64,000 nucleotides of DNA from Eledone cirrhosa. Lineage: Eukaryota. Both the position numbers and the translations under genes were made by a program. Where the stretch lies: assembly GCA_964016885.1 (NCBI GenBank), contig OZ024740.1, positions 120,342,001 to 120,406,000 on the forward strand, read 5' to 3'. This document shows positions 39,701 through 52,836 of this stretch, piece by piece. Numbering within the stretch: the first letter of the stretch is position 1; every line of letters begins with the position of its first letter. The notes beneath the pieces are model-generated. The model was not told where the DNA came from and made no database searches. It was given only the letters and a program-made list of their open reading frames with translations.

Positions 39701-40182
39701 CTCTACCCGTTCGAGAGAGGCTCTACAGACACGGGCGCCCGGGCAGGGATCCCTCGAAAAAGATTTGCCCTAGATGCGTGCGTCACGAAGAAACCGTTGC
39801 GCACGCATTGGTGCAATGTCCGGGCGTGGCTGATCTGTGGGGCTACGCCGAACGACTGCTGTCGCGGGTGGCGCCGATTCGATTGACCGCCGAGTCCGTG
39901 ATGACAATCAAACCGCCTCCCCTCTTCACAAAGGAAGCAAAGGCGGTTTTTCTGTGCGTAATAGCCATGTTGAAAGAGGTTGTTTGGTGGACACGATTGA
40001 AAGGTCTGAGGTCAGGCAACTTCCTCTCTGGCCATAGTCTGGTCTACTTCTTCTGATATCACTTCGGACGAAGGATAAGAATGGAGAGAGAGGTGCTTGG
40101 CCACAGCCAGTTTTATGAAAGGTGGGTGATAGTGGCGAGAATGGCTCGTGTAAATGGGCCTTATCTGTATACCATCCTGTAG
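36748..40182 (+). pseudogene. Tx1 copy 1 ORF2 (AP endonuclease, reverse transcriptase, C-terminal zinc finger), disrupted
   Basis: GCLNARGL, AGDLN, YLDRF, TDH (APE); FRPITLLN, LDQSKAFDRV, RQGCPLS, YADD (RT); CPRC..ETVAHALVQC. Frameshifts near 36890 and 39185, stop at 40054-40056. Confidence 0.92.
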
Positions 40183-40636
40183 GTAAAGAAGTGAAGGAGA
40201 GGGGAGCACCTTCTCCATGTGCTCCCCGGGCAAAGGATTGCACACCTTTTCGGGGGTGTGTACAACCCCCATCACGTCCCCTACCTTTTGAGGTTGTTTT
40301 CGATTATTTTCATTTTATACCCTTTTTACTCGATTGTATGTAAACTCCCCCTTTGTATTTGTCCCTTCTTTTTATGCCTTTATGGTAAATAAAGAAATAT
40401 ATCTATCTATCTCTCTATCAGACGTGTGTAACTTCGCGGAGAAGTTTCCGTTAATTTATGTAAGAAAAAAACGTGAGTTTTTAGTTAAATTTTATATCAT
40501 TGTGTAACTTGACCCCCCGTCTGAACCTTCAGGTGGTGGGTCAACTCATTTTCGCCACTACAGGGGCGGAATATCCATTTGAACATTTTTTCTCCATCGA
40601 ATCTTGGAAAAAATATTGTAAAATTTTGATTACGTT

Positions 40637-42560
40637 ATGAACGCTGCGTCCAACGATAATGGTAGTGGAGAGGCGGTAAGACTACAAAGCTCGCAGTCAA
40701 CAACGTCTTCTTCACTAGATACTATAGAGATGGAAAGACGAGATGAAAATGTAAAAACGAATTCATATTTAAACAACACAAATGACACCAAACAATTCAA
40801 TAACAACAAAAATAACAGCAACACCAATAATGATGATAAAAGCAACAATGATAACAACAACAACAAAGAAAAAATAAAGACAACACTAATAACACCAGCA
40901 TCAAAGACAACAACACCAAGGAAAAGACGAATACTATCAACATCGGTGACAACAAGAATAACAACAAGAATAACAACAATAATGACAACACCACTAATAC
41001 GGATTCCACAAAGAAACCAAAAATCTCCTTTGCAGAGAAAGTTCAAAAGAAGGAAGAATTGATATATCTCGACATAACAAATGCTGAACAACTTTTAAAG
41101 GACGCTAAGAGATATGTCACTTTCGAAAAAAATGGTGCTTTCAGCATCAATTCTCCGGTAGAAATTCGCAAGGAAACTGCTCTCAAAACGATAGTTTTTA
41201 GGACAGTTTCCAATTCTACCCGAAAACCAGTCCAATTGTCACAGAAAGAAATTGAACTGGTTTTCAAAAATTCAATGAATGACATTGCATTCATTCAAAG
41301 AAGCAAACTTTTTGGGAGTATTCGGTACTCATGAAGGATCAATTGACGGCCCAAAATTACTCTGTGTCGCCAATTGTATCCAACTTGTACACCTTTTTCC
41401 CTACATACATGGGAAAAAGGACACAAAAGATCAGAATCACGAGTGTCACACCAAAGGTGAACATATGGTGGATACTGTGCGGCTTCATCAATTTTGATGA
41501 AGACAGAATACTGTCAGTAGGAAAGTCCCCCAGAGATGTATTCAATGGGACTAGCATTGAAGTTCTGGTGCAAATGAGCCCAGAGCGAATAGCTATGATC
41601 CCACAGCGTGTACTCCTGGACGGACTCACCTACAAAAACTTTTCGGTTGAGGGTAGGCGGCCTTCATGTTACCATTGCTTTAGCAGGGGTCACCTGAGGG
41701 CTTCCTGTCCTAAATTAATGAACCAAAAAAAGGCTCTTCTGCCGACACCCATCAAAACAACACAACCACCAACACCACCACCACCACAACAACAACAACA
41801 ACAACAACACACAAAAATAACCACAACAAACACAGTCCCACCCAAACCCACTCCACCTAAAACCACTGCAAAATCACATACAGACACAACAGCTCCCCAA
41901 GACATACCCCTCCCCAATCACACAGACGATACAACAGATGAGGCTATCTCGCAATCACCCAGTGAAGACGAGGGAGAACCCCATCGCTCGAAAAGAAAGA
42001 AAAGACATCACAAAAGCAAAAAACCAGCAAACACTACCACAAACATACAACCACCAACACAAACAACAAAAACATCACAAACCAAACTCCCACCTCCTGA
42101 AAACAAAATACCTACAACAAAACGAAAGCACACACAAGAACTACAGACAAAAACAAACACAACACAAGAAAATTACACTTACACTTACATAAACACTGAA
42201 AACAAAACACTAATGGAGACCATCACGAACGACCCTTAGGTGAAAACCGAAGGGAAAACTTTCGCCCACTCTATTAAAAATAGCAAAAAACTGAACCTAA
42301 AACTGATTAGGGTCCCTATACAAACTTATAGGTCCCTAAAAGAAACATTTGAGAAGGATGTGGGGAATTCCTGCGTGAAACCACTCAATCGCGTCCTTCT
42401 CAAATTCCTCCCCACCCCAGACACACCCATCCCACCAGACCCCACCCCACCAAACATCTGCGTTCCCATCCCGCCGGAAACCACCACCCATCCAGACAAC
42501 CCCTCCAACACCCCCATGGAAATCGTGCGGCCTGGTCCCCAGGAGGCGAAGGGTGAGTGA
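40637..42560 (+). pseudogene. Tx1 copy 2 ORF1, disrupted
   Basis: Asn-rich N-terminus, TYMGKRTQ motif, knuckle CYHCFSRGHLRASC, C-terminus PMEIVRPGPQEAKGE*. Confidence 0.85.
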
Positions 42561-42593
42561 TCTCTTTTTCTCTTTTAACTTTTCAGCACCAAC

Positions 42594-45500
42594 ATGGCCA
42601 ATATAAGAGTTGGATGTGTAAACGTACGCGGCCTGGGGATGCCCTGGAAACAGGGCAAACTCTTAAACGACCTCAGGTCGCACAGTATGGATGTGGTAGC
42701 CATTTGCGAGTCCAGGATCCACGGCGAGCGATAGCTGCCCCCCATCTTCGATGACTTTGAGATCTACGCATCACTCTGTCAACCGGGGGGTGGGGGCGGA
42801 GTTGCCGTTTTGCTGCGGAAACACCTGGGCCTCGTAACACATAGGGTACATCTGGACCCGGAGGGTCGACTGGTGGTCCTAGACGTTGACGGCGGTAGTG
42901 AAGGTGGAGCCTTCAGGCTGGTGGCCGCATATGCCCCATCCGGGACACCGCGGCCAGACTTCTTCAAACGTCTAGAGACTTTTCTGGGAACGTCCCGCTC
43001 CTTGCTTTTAGTGGGGGGACTGGAATGGAATCCTAGATGCACGTTGGGACTATGTGGGAGCATGTCCCGATAAAGGGGGTGTAACAGCCTCAAACAGTTA
43101 ATCGACTGATTTGACCTGGCCGATAGATATCGACTAGATTTTCCGACTGCACCACTGTGGACGTGGAGTAATCGTAGCGGAACATCTAGATCGTACCTAG
43201 ATAGGGTTCTAGTTAGAAATAAGGATAGGGACATGTTAAGCTGTCCACAAATGTTCATAGTTGCCTATTCAGATCACAAACTAGTGACCTGCATGGCCAA
43301 CCTTGATAGAACCCATAGACAAGGACCCGGCTACTGGAGGCTGAACTTGTCGTTACCGACAAGCAAAGCCTACAGTAGACGGATTAGCACTTCAGTTAAA
43401 CAGCACTTGACAGGAGCCATTGTCAACAACAGATGGTGGTACTCTCTCAAGAGGGAAGTTAGATTAGACTCGATGGTTTTTAGTAAAGAATTAGCGTTAG
43501 ATAGAAATAGAACCGAGAAGGAACTGGTAGATAAAGTAGAAGAGGCAATTAGAAGTGGCAACGTAGCCAGCGTGCTAGCAACGAGAACGACCTTGGACCA
43601 GTTCTTCGAGGCAAAGCACGAGGGCTGCGTTGTCAGAAGCAAAATACGTGCTCTGGGAAACGAGGGAGCCAAAGGTGTTAGCTGGGCCCGAGTGACGGAG
43701 GCAAAAAGTGGCAACAAGTCCACGATTCGGTCTTTGAAAGACCAAAACGGACGCGTGATACGTGAGCCAAAGCAGATGTGTGCGGCTTTTCAGCGGCACT
43801 TTGCTCGGCTGTTCGGGGGAGGCAGCGCGCCGGGAGAGGCTATGGATTTCGGTCCATACCTCGACGGCCTACCGCGACTCTCGGACAGCGAGGCAAAGTT
43901 CTGCGAAAAGCCGATTTCAGCCACTGAGATAGGGGGCGCGCTCAGCCAATGCGGCAAACGCAAATCTCCAGGTCTCGACGGTCTACCCTACGAATTTTAC
44001 GTAGCAATGCCGGACTTATTCTCCGGTCTCCTGAAAGCGGTCTACTGCAACTGGCAACAGAACGGGAGAATTCCCAGTTCTGTAACCGGGGGCGTGGTCA
44101 CACTAATCAGGAAGGACGAGAATAAGGGGGATGACATAGGCAACTTCCGGCCCATAACTCTGCTAAACACAGAGTTACAGATTTTGGCCAAGGTGTTGGC
44201 AAAGAGGCTGGCGCTTGTCGTCGAGAACCTGGTGGGAGAAGCGCAGACATGCGCAATCCCGACCAGGTCCATACACGACTACCTCTACCTCATGCGATAC
44301 ATCATAGAGAGGGTAGGGTGTAAACCCGGCTTCGGTGGGGCCCTGATCAACTTGGATCAGTCTAAGGCTTTCGATAGGGTTGACCATCGTTACCTGGATG
44401 CGGTGCTCGAGGCGGCAGGCTTCGGACCCGTGTTCAGGGGTTGGATTGCTGCAATGCACAACAGCAACATCTGCTCAAGAGTCAAGGTGAACGGCTACCT
44501 CTCGGAGCTGTTCCATATTACGCGATCCATTCGACAGGGATGCCCTCTCTCCTCCCTTCTGTACGTACTGACTCTCGAGCCACTACTGCGGAAGCTGGAG
44601 CTATTGCAGGGCATCCCTCTGGAACCGGGACTGTGGAAAGCGGCGTCGGCCTACGCCGACGACGTAACAGTAATGGTGTCGAGCGCCTCGCAAATCGAGG
44701 AAGTCGGCACCTTACTGAAGGAATACGAAAGTCTCACAGGAGCGAAGCTGAACCGGGACAAGTCCATCGGTTTGCAACTCGGATCGTGGAGAGGCAAACC
44801 GATGCCTTCCGATGGCGTCGTCGGACGCTGGACGGAAGGACCGGTAAAGCTGCTCGGGGTCTGGTTTGGTCCGGACCTCCAGGTGGAGAAGAACTGGAAC
44901 GAAGTGACGGCCAAGGTGTTTGCACTCACCCAGAAGTGGGCCGAGTGCAAACTATCCATGAAAGGTCGAGCGGAGGTGGCGAACACTTTTATAGCGTCCG
45001 CCATCTACTACCGCTTGACCGTCGTGCCTTGTCCAGCCAAAACGCTCGCCAAAATGGAGCGCGCGCTCTTCCGATTCCTTTGGAAGAGGTGGGATCCTTT
45101 GGTGAGAAGATCCATCTGCTGCCAACACCCTTCTAACGGAGGGCTGGGGATGCCGTGGTTGACGATGCGCAAGCACGCGCTCAGGCTGCGGCATCTCTAC
45201 GTATTCCTCACCGGACAACCGGTATGGGCCCCGTTCGTGAGGCGAGCCTTCCCACGACTCGTCTCGCTGACCGAGCTGCAGCCCTGGGTCAAGCAAAGAC
45301 CGAGGAAAATGGGCGACTGGCACATCGAATGTGCTCAGGCGCTCACAGCCCTCTGGCAGGCGGACCCGGCGATCAGTGGAGACTCCACTTCGTCATTCTA
45401 CAGAGGGTTGGTCCGCAGCAAGTGCGACGACGCGCTCAGTGAAACTCTAGGCGTAGAGGAAGATGAACTGGCCAGTCTGTTCGGTAGGACCTTCCGCCCG

Positions 45501-46034
45501 GGACCGATGGACAACTTCCAAAAGTCCCTGGCCTGGCAGTGCTACCGAGAAGCTCTACCAGTTCGAGACAAGCTCTACAGACATGGGTGCCCGGGCAGGG
45601 ACCCTGCAAAAAAGATCTGTCCGAGGTGCGTGCGAGACGAAGAAACCGTCGCGCACGCATTCATACACTGCCCGGGCGTCACTGACCTGTGGGGCTATGT
45701 AGAACGACAATTGTCGCGGGTGGGACCAATCCAGTTGACCACCGAGTCCATTGTCATGATCAAACCGCCACCCTCCTTCAAAAACGAAGGAGAGGCGGTT
45801 TTCCTTTGTGTGATAGCTATGGCGAAAGAGGTTGTATGGTGGACAAGGTTGAAAGGGCTGAGGTCAGACACCTTTCTCTCCGGCCAACAACTGATTCTTT
45901 TTTTCAAATACCACTTTGGAAGAAGAATCAGGATGGAGAGAGAGGTGCTGTACCCCAGCAAGTTTTATGAAAGGTGGGTGAAAGTGGCGAGAATGGCCCA
46001 AGTGAATGGGCCTTCTCTCTATATCAGCCTGTAG
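42594..46034 (+). pseudogene. Tx1 copy 2 ORF2 (APE disrupted; 933-aa RT plus zinc-finger portion open)
   Basis: Starts MANIRVGCVNVRGL. Contains SDHKLV, YADD and CPRC..HAFIHC. Confidence 0.92.
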
Positions 46035-46291
46035 GTTGAGGAAAAGGAGGAGGAGAGGAAAGGAGTACAAACTCTTCGTACTCCTGGAGATGAGGGTTGC
46101 ACATTTTTTTCGGGGGTATGTGTTACCCATATAAACTGTCTCCCTCTATTGGGGAAAAGCGACTAACTTTTTAAATTCCATTTGTGATAATATTTTACAC
46201 GTTTTTATTGTATGTAAACTTCCTCCTTTGTATTTGTCCCCTTCTTTTATGCCCCTGTGGCTAATAAAGAAATATATCTATCTATCTCTCT

Positions 46292-48560
46292 TTCTGTCTT
46301 ACGCGCGAAACATCGCCGGTAAGATTTTTGTAAATTTATATACGAAAAGCAGAACAACTTGTTTGAAAAAACATATTATTTTGTAGATTAACCCCCAAGC
46401 TGAATTGTCAGCTGGGTGGTAAGCCCATTTTTCACCACTAAAGGGGCGAAAATTTTATTTTTAAAATTATTTTAAAATATCAAATTTTGCCAACTATATA
46501 ACTTGAACAACACAAGAACACTGGTGTACGTCAATAGAGAAAAGAGAGAGAAAGAAGCAGATATTAACGTTATATCTGCTTCTCCTACTATTGATGTTGC
46601 CATAGATACGATTGTCAACAAAGAGGAAAAAATGTTACCACTTGAAAATTGTACAATTTCTACCATAGACGCGGAGAAAAATAACACTAACTCACATGAA
46701 AACACAGATATTAAACCTATTAACATACATACACATGAAAAAGACACTATGGAGATGGAAAGACGAAATCAAATTGTAAAAACAAATTCAAATCCAAACG
46801 ACACAAATGACACCAAATAGTACAATGACAAAAATAACAACAACAACACCAATAATGATGATAAAAACAACAATGACAACAACAACAAAGAAAAAAATAA
46901 AGACAACACCAATAATACCAGCATCAAAGACTACAGCAACACCAACACCAAGGAAAATACAAACAATATCAACATCAGGGACAACAAGAACAACAATAAT
47001 GATAACAACAACAACACGAAAGAGAGCGGACCCACGACTGGAGTCTCTTTCGCACAGGCACTCCGAGAGACACAGACTTACAAGGCACTGGACATCTCGA
47101 ATGCTAGGGAGTTGCTGAAGGAGGCAAGAAATTGTGTAACTTTTGGGGAAGGTGGGGAATTCACAATTACCTCCCCTAACAGGTAGGGGGAAATTAGAAA
47201 AGACACAGTCCTCAGAACTTTAAATTTTAAAACAATTTCCAACGCAACTAGGAAACCGGCTCAATTATCCCAAAGCGAAAATGAGCTGGTCCTAAGTAGT
47301 GCCTGGAAAGATATCGCTTTCATACAGAAAGGGAAACTGTATGGAAGCATATCTGTGCTAATGAAAAATCAATTGGTGGCACGGAAATACTCTGTATCAC
47401 CAATTGTATCCAAATCATACACCTTTTTCCCCACATATTTGGGGAAAAGAACTCAAAGGATAAGAATCTCGGGCATCAGGCTAAATGCGAGCATTTGGTG
47501 GGTGCTAACGGGATTCTTAGACGATGAAGACATAATCCTCTCGATAGGCGAATCCACCGGGGGCGTATTCGGCGGCAATAGCCTTGAAGTTCTGGTCCAA
47601 ATGAGACCAGACCGGATAGCAAGAATACCGCAGTGGGTGTCCCTGGATGGAGTTGCCTTCATAAACATTTCTGTCGAGGGCTTTATGCTACCACTGCTCA
47701 AGAAGTGGTCACCTGAGGACTTCCTGTCCCCTTTTAAATGCCCCCCAAAAAAAGATGCTCCTTCCCACCCCACACACAACAACAACACTACCACCACCAC
47801 CACAACAACAACAACAACCACAACAACACGAAAAAATAACAACAAGACACCGTCCCACCCAACCCTTCCACACCTAAAACAAACACAAAAGCACCCGCAA
47901 CCACAATAAAACCCCAAAATATACCCCTCCCCAACAACACGGACGAGGACCCCTTATCAACGTCACCCAGTGACGACGAGGGAGAACCCTTTCAACCAGT
48001 AAAAAGAAAGAAAAGAAAGCACCACATTAACAAAAATGCAACAAACACATAACCACCAGCACAAACAGAACAAACATCACAAACAAAAAAACCCATCCCT
48101 CCCGAAAACATAACACATACTACAAAACGCAAACACACACAAGAACAACAAACAAACAAAACACAACAAAAACAGTATACATACATCAACACAAACAACA
48201 AAACATGTGTATAAACAATAGACAAAGACCCTTTGGTAGAAACCGAAGGGAAAGTGTTCACCAACGCGGCGACTAAACCGCATTTAAAAATGATTAGGGT
48301 CCCAAGGGACACCTACACAATGCTCAAACAGAACTTCCCCGGAAACGTGGGGAACTCCTGTACGAGACCCATCAATCGCGTCCTTTTGAAATATTTCCCC
48401 ACCACCACTCCATACACCCCCCCCCCCCACACCAAACACCCCTACCCCACCACACACTGATGTCCCCACCACATCCTAAACACCACCCCACCAAACAAGC
48501 CCTCTGACACCCCCATGGAGAGTGTGCAGCCTGGTCCCCAGGAGAGGGACAGGTAGGTGT
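46292..48560 (+). mobile_element. Tx1-clade retrotransposon, copy 3: 5' UTR and decayed ORF1 only
   Basis: Homologous 5' hairpins, TYLGKRTQ, and a frameshifted knuckle CYHCSRSGHLRTSC. ORF1 stop at 48554-48556; no ORF2 follows. Confidence 0.85.
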
Positions 48561-49405
48561 CTTTTCCTTTTTCTCCACTCTAAACTCTTCACTAACTTGT
48601 GAAGAATGTAGAACCATACAACTAAAACAAACATTCATTGTAATTCAGTCTACTGAAATACTAAATTCAGTTATGTTTCTTCTCTTCTGCAGTGGATGAA
48701 GATCTCTTGTTTCCAATGTAGATTGGGAAATGTTCTAGGACTGTTATATAGAGCAGGGTATCCAATTCCTTGCTCACTTGCAGATTATTGTAAAACTACA
48801 GTTGATGCTGCTGTCAACCAATTTTGAGCAGAATTTTTGCTATGGGATAGACTTATTTAGCAAACTTTTCTAACTGAGAGACTTTTATAAGGTAGTCAGC
48901 ACTTGCACAATTTTTTTAATTTTCAGTAATTCCCCCTATTGCTCCATGATTATAAATATGCTATATCCCCACTATTGGTCCATGACTATGAACAAGCTAT
49001 ATGAAATGAATAAATACTTTGAATAGTATCTCCAATTAAGTATTTATTTAGTCTGTGATACTTTGTATAACCCTTGCTAGCAGGGAAAACAAATGTTAAT
49101 TGATGATGAGGGTTTTTTGAGCTTTCATCGTGTGTTAAAGTGAATGTCAAATTAAAAGGGAGATAATAAAGAAAGGAATGAACTTAAGTTCTCATGATAA
49201 GATTTTAAAAGAAAAAGAATACACAATTAAGTCTTGTATTTTCAAGAAAACTTTTGATGTCTAAAGAAAACTGGCTATTAAACTATATTCTTTGAATGTC
49301 AGATCATGGGAAGATGTAAAAATTGGTACAGACAAACAACAGTCAACATACATTTTTTCTATTTTGGTCAATTGCATATATATGTGCGTGTGTTAGTGTT
49401 TGTGC

Positions 49406-49466
<61 letters not shown>

Positions 49467-49784
49467 TTGATTCAGTAGATTCATGGTTTACTGAGGAAGG
49501 TACTAATATCAGCACTCTCTGCTATAGCAGAGTGTATACATTAAGAAGAACAAAAGGAGGTTTCACATTAAGGTTTTTATTGATTATGCACAGTCATGAA
49601 CGTTTCACAGATGGGTGGTTCAGAATCCATATTAATCTTATAGACCTGACACCAACACCAATCTGCTCATCAAATTTGTTAATTAAGCAAAACCAAAATC
49701 TCATCCGAGGGCATCCTATCTCAAATGATGAACATATACATGGGTATAGACTAATCATTGCACACTCAGAGACATATTCATATC

Positions 49785-49864
<80 letters not shown>

Positions 49865-50007
49865 TGAGATTTGTATATATATATATATGAGATTTGTATG
49901 CGATATAAACTGTGTTGAATGTGTTTGCATATAAATGTGTATGTATACGCCATTTTTGGTCTCATCTTTCTCCCACCCAGCCCACCTCCACCACATTCGG
50001 TATACAA

Positions 50008-51626
50008 ATGACCTGGTGGTGGAACAGCACGGTAGATAGGGCTATTAGAGACAAAAGACTAGGATGGAATGCTTGGAAAAATGGTGGGAATAGAGAAGGA
50101 TATACAGCCACTAAGAGAGAAGCTAGACATCAGTTGTACTTAGCACCAGGGAGGCTGAGAGTAGGAGGTTTTACAATGTTCTGCGACGGGAAGATCAGAG
50201 ACGTGCAGTGTTCTGCATTACAAGGCAGAGTGTCAGTGAAAATCAGGATGTTGTTGGAGATAAGTGTGTCTGGAATGATGCCGGTGTACTTAGTGTCACG
50301 AATGATCAAATAAAGGAGGCCTGGAAATGTCATTATGAGAGACTGATGAATGTGGAGAACGAATGGGAGAGAGAGAAACTACCTCCAGTAGATCCTACAG
50401 AGACCCAGCTATTGAGATTGATGAATATAAGGTCCAAGAGGCGATTAAGGAAATGAAAAATGGTAAGACCACTGGACTGTCAGCGATAGTTGCTGAGATG
50501 CTGAAGGCATCAGGGGACGTAGGCACTAAACTGGTTGCATCATCAATCAAGCTATATATGGCGGGGTCATACCAAAAGCCTGGTGCAACAGTATTCTCAT
50601 AAATTGCTACAAAGGTAAAGGGGATGTCTGGAAAGGAGCTATTATAGGGGCATAAAACTGAAGGATCAGGTTATGAAAGTGGCAGAAAGGATATTAGCGC
50701 AACTAATTAGAGAAAGGGTCAAACTAGATGAGATGCAGTTTGGTTTTGTGCCTGGGAAAAGTACAACAGATGCTCTCTTCTTAGTGAGACAACTACAAGA
50801 GAGGTTTTTAGAGAAGAATAAGCCACTATACTTAGCTTTTGTTGATCTAAAAAAGGCCTTTGATAGGGTACCCCGATCTGTCATCTGGTGGTCCCTAAGG
50901 AGACAAGGTCTTGAGGAATGGTTTGTGCAAACTTTGTACAGAGCTGCTGTCAGTAAAGTGAGGGTAGGAATGGAGTTTAGTGAGGAATTCCAGATACAAG
51001 TAGGAGTACATCAGGGTTTGGTCCTCAGCCCGCTCTTGTTCATTATAGTCCTCCAAGCCATATCAGAGGAGTTTAAGACTGGCTGCCCATGGGAACTTCT
51101 CTATGCTGACGATCTGGTTCTTATAGCAGAATCAGTAGAGGAGCTAGAAAATAAATTCTGACTATGGAATCTGCAGTTGGAATTAAGAAGACTGAGAGTG
51201 AACCTAGCTAAGACAAACGTGTTGATGAGTAGAAAAGAGGACGAAACTCTGATTTCATCAGGGAAATGGCCATGTTCAATATGCAGAAAAGGAACTGGCA
51301 TAAATTCTATAAAATGTTCACAATGCAGATCTTGGGTACACAAGAGATGTAGTGGAATAGCAGGCAAACTAACAGGTAGGAAGAAATATGTATGCAGTAG
51401 ATGTACAGGGAATTTTGACAGTAGAAGTCGCATTGATAGACACATAGAAGTGGTTGATATCTTCCGGTACCTATGTAATCAGATGAGCATGGGAGTGGGG
51501 GTGTTCTGAGGCCATAGTATCTAGAATAAGGACAGGCTGGAAGAAGTTTAGGGAGCTGCTTCCTCTGCTGACAAAGAAGGGTTTCTCCCTGCGTACGAAA
51601 GGCCGGTTATATGATGCCTGTGTGAC
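50008..51626 (+). mobile_element. RTE LINE fragment, third subfamily, truncated at both ends
   Basis: WWWN motif, RT with WELLYADD, and PHD-like CSIC..CSQC..WVHKRC..CSRC. Confidence 0.9.
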
Positions 51627-51725
51627 TCATCTCTCTCTCTCTTCCCCCTCTCTCTTACTACCTCTATTCTATCCATCTGTATGTGTCTCTCACTCTTTCT
51701 GAGGGTATATATATATGTATATATA

Positions 51726-51908
51726 CTGGGGTGGTGAAAGGTTCCTGGCTTAATGGTATATCAAAAGGATAGAGTTGTTACATTTACAGAGGATGTAGGA
51801 GCGCTGCAATAAGTGTCTAAATCTGAGAGGGGACTATCTTGAATAAAATAGTAAACTGAGCCTCCTGTATTTTCTTTTACCTAAAGCCAGGACCTTTCCA
51901 GCACCCCG
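51726..51908 (+). mobile_element. mariner deletion derivative
   Basis: TIRs GGGGTGGTGAAAGGTTCCTGGCTT / AAGCCAGGACCTTTCCAGCACCCC. Internal ERCNKCLNLRGDYLE* resembles a mariner transposase C-terminus. Sits in a TA context. Confidence 0.7.
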
Positions 51909-51947
51909 ATATATATAATATATATATATCGGTGTGCTGAAAAGTTC

Positions 51948-51983
<36 letters not shown>

Positions 51984-52025
51984 TATTTAAAAAAAAAAAA
52001 AATGTCTATACTAGGCTGAATACAC

Positions 52026-52345
52026 TAAATGTAATCTGAGTTTTTCGAATATTAATAATAATATTTGATTCGCTTGCAATCATACAAACAACAAGAGCAA
52101 GAATAAGGGGCTCATTCTATCATTCTACTGACATGGCTTTTAAAAAGAAAGAGGCTGTTTGCATGATTGCAAACGAATCAAATATTATTATTAATTTTCT
52201 GAGTTCAAATCTCGCCGAGGTTAACTTTGCCTTTCATTCTTACAGGGTCGATAAAATAAAGTACCAGTAATGCACTGGGTAATTGATGACCTTGTGCCAA
52301 AAGTAGAAACAATTATTAATATTAAAAAAACTCACATTACATTTA
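52026..52345. mobile_element. Long-TIR fold-back/MITE with a SINE B fragment inserted in its right arm
   Basis: Left arm 52026-52090 is matched by 52156-52195 plus 52312-52345. The SINE at 52198-52317 is flanked by ATTATTAAT. Confidence 0.7.
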
Positions 52346-52679
52346 TACACACACACACATACACACATATATATATACATTCAAAATTGTAAGAATGTCA
52401 AGGATAAGAAACTGATTTGTTCATAAATGATTCCAAACGTTTCAATATATGTAGAATATCATATCCATTTGCAGAGCAACTGGAAATTATTAGTTAACAA
52501 TTATCTCCATTATGGCTGCTTTATCTTAACCACATCTCTTCAAGAAATATTCAGAATAAAAAAAAATAATAATGAATACCATAAGACAATAATTATCAAG
52601 CATTAAACTAATATATTTCTTCATTGTACTGTCGCTTTGCTTTGTTATTTCTGTTTTATTTTACACACATATATATATA

Positions 52680-52836
52680 TAAAGTTTATCCTGGGTTCAA
52701 TCGGTGGTAAGCACAGAAAGTAAGGTACTCAATACAAAGCAGAGTATAAATATTTAATATAGAAATGGCTTCTACAGGACTAGAACTGTTTTATTCAGGA
52801 GAAACAGTTCTAGTCGTGTAGAAGCCTTTTCTATAT

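Larger units (their letters stand above)
34594..40399 (+). mobile_element. Tx1-clade non-LTR retrotransposon, copy 1, full length (~5.8 kb)
   Basis: 5' UTR, ORF1 with CCHC knuckle, ORF2 with APE-RT-CCHC, 3' UTR ending AATAAAGAAA. Flanked by a 23-bp direct repeat. Confidence 0.92.
40423..46274 (+). mobile_element. Tx1-clade retrotransposon, copy 2, full length, different subfamily
   Basis: Same architecture as copy 1 but clearly diverged. Ends AATAAAGAAA-TATATCTATCTATCTCTCT. Confidence 0.92.

Noticed and set aside
42553-42586. Intron-like Tx1 ORF1-ORF2 spacer (GTGAGT..pyrimidine tract..CAG) and a conserved GCG|GTAAGA early in ORF1
   Set aside because: The spacer is only 34 nt. Copy 1 has CCG instead of CAG, and splicing from the early donor is out of frame with ORF2. 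It would need RNA-seq support.
37628-45961. Many antisense and alternate-frame ORFs inside Tx1 ORF2, and the 311-aa antisense ORF at 22329-23264
   Set aside because: Shadow ORFs of coding retroelement DNA with no independent motifs.
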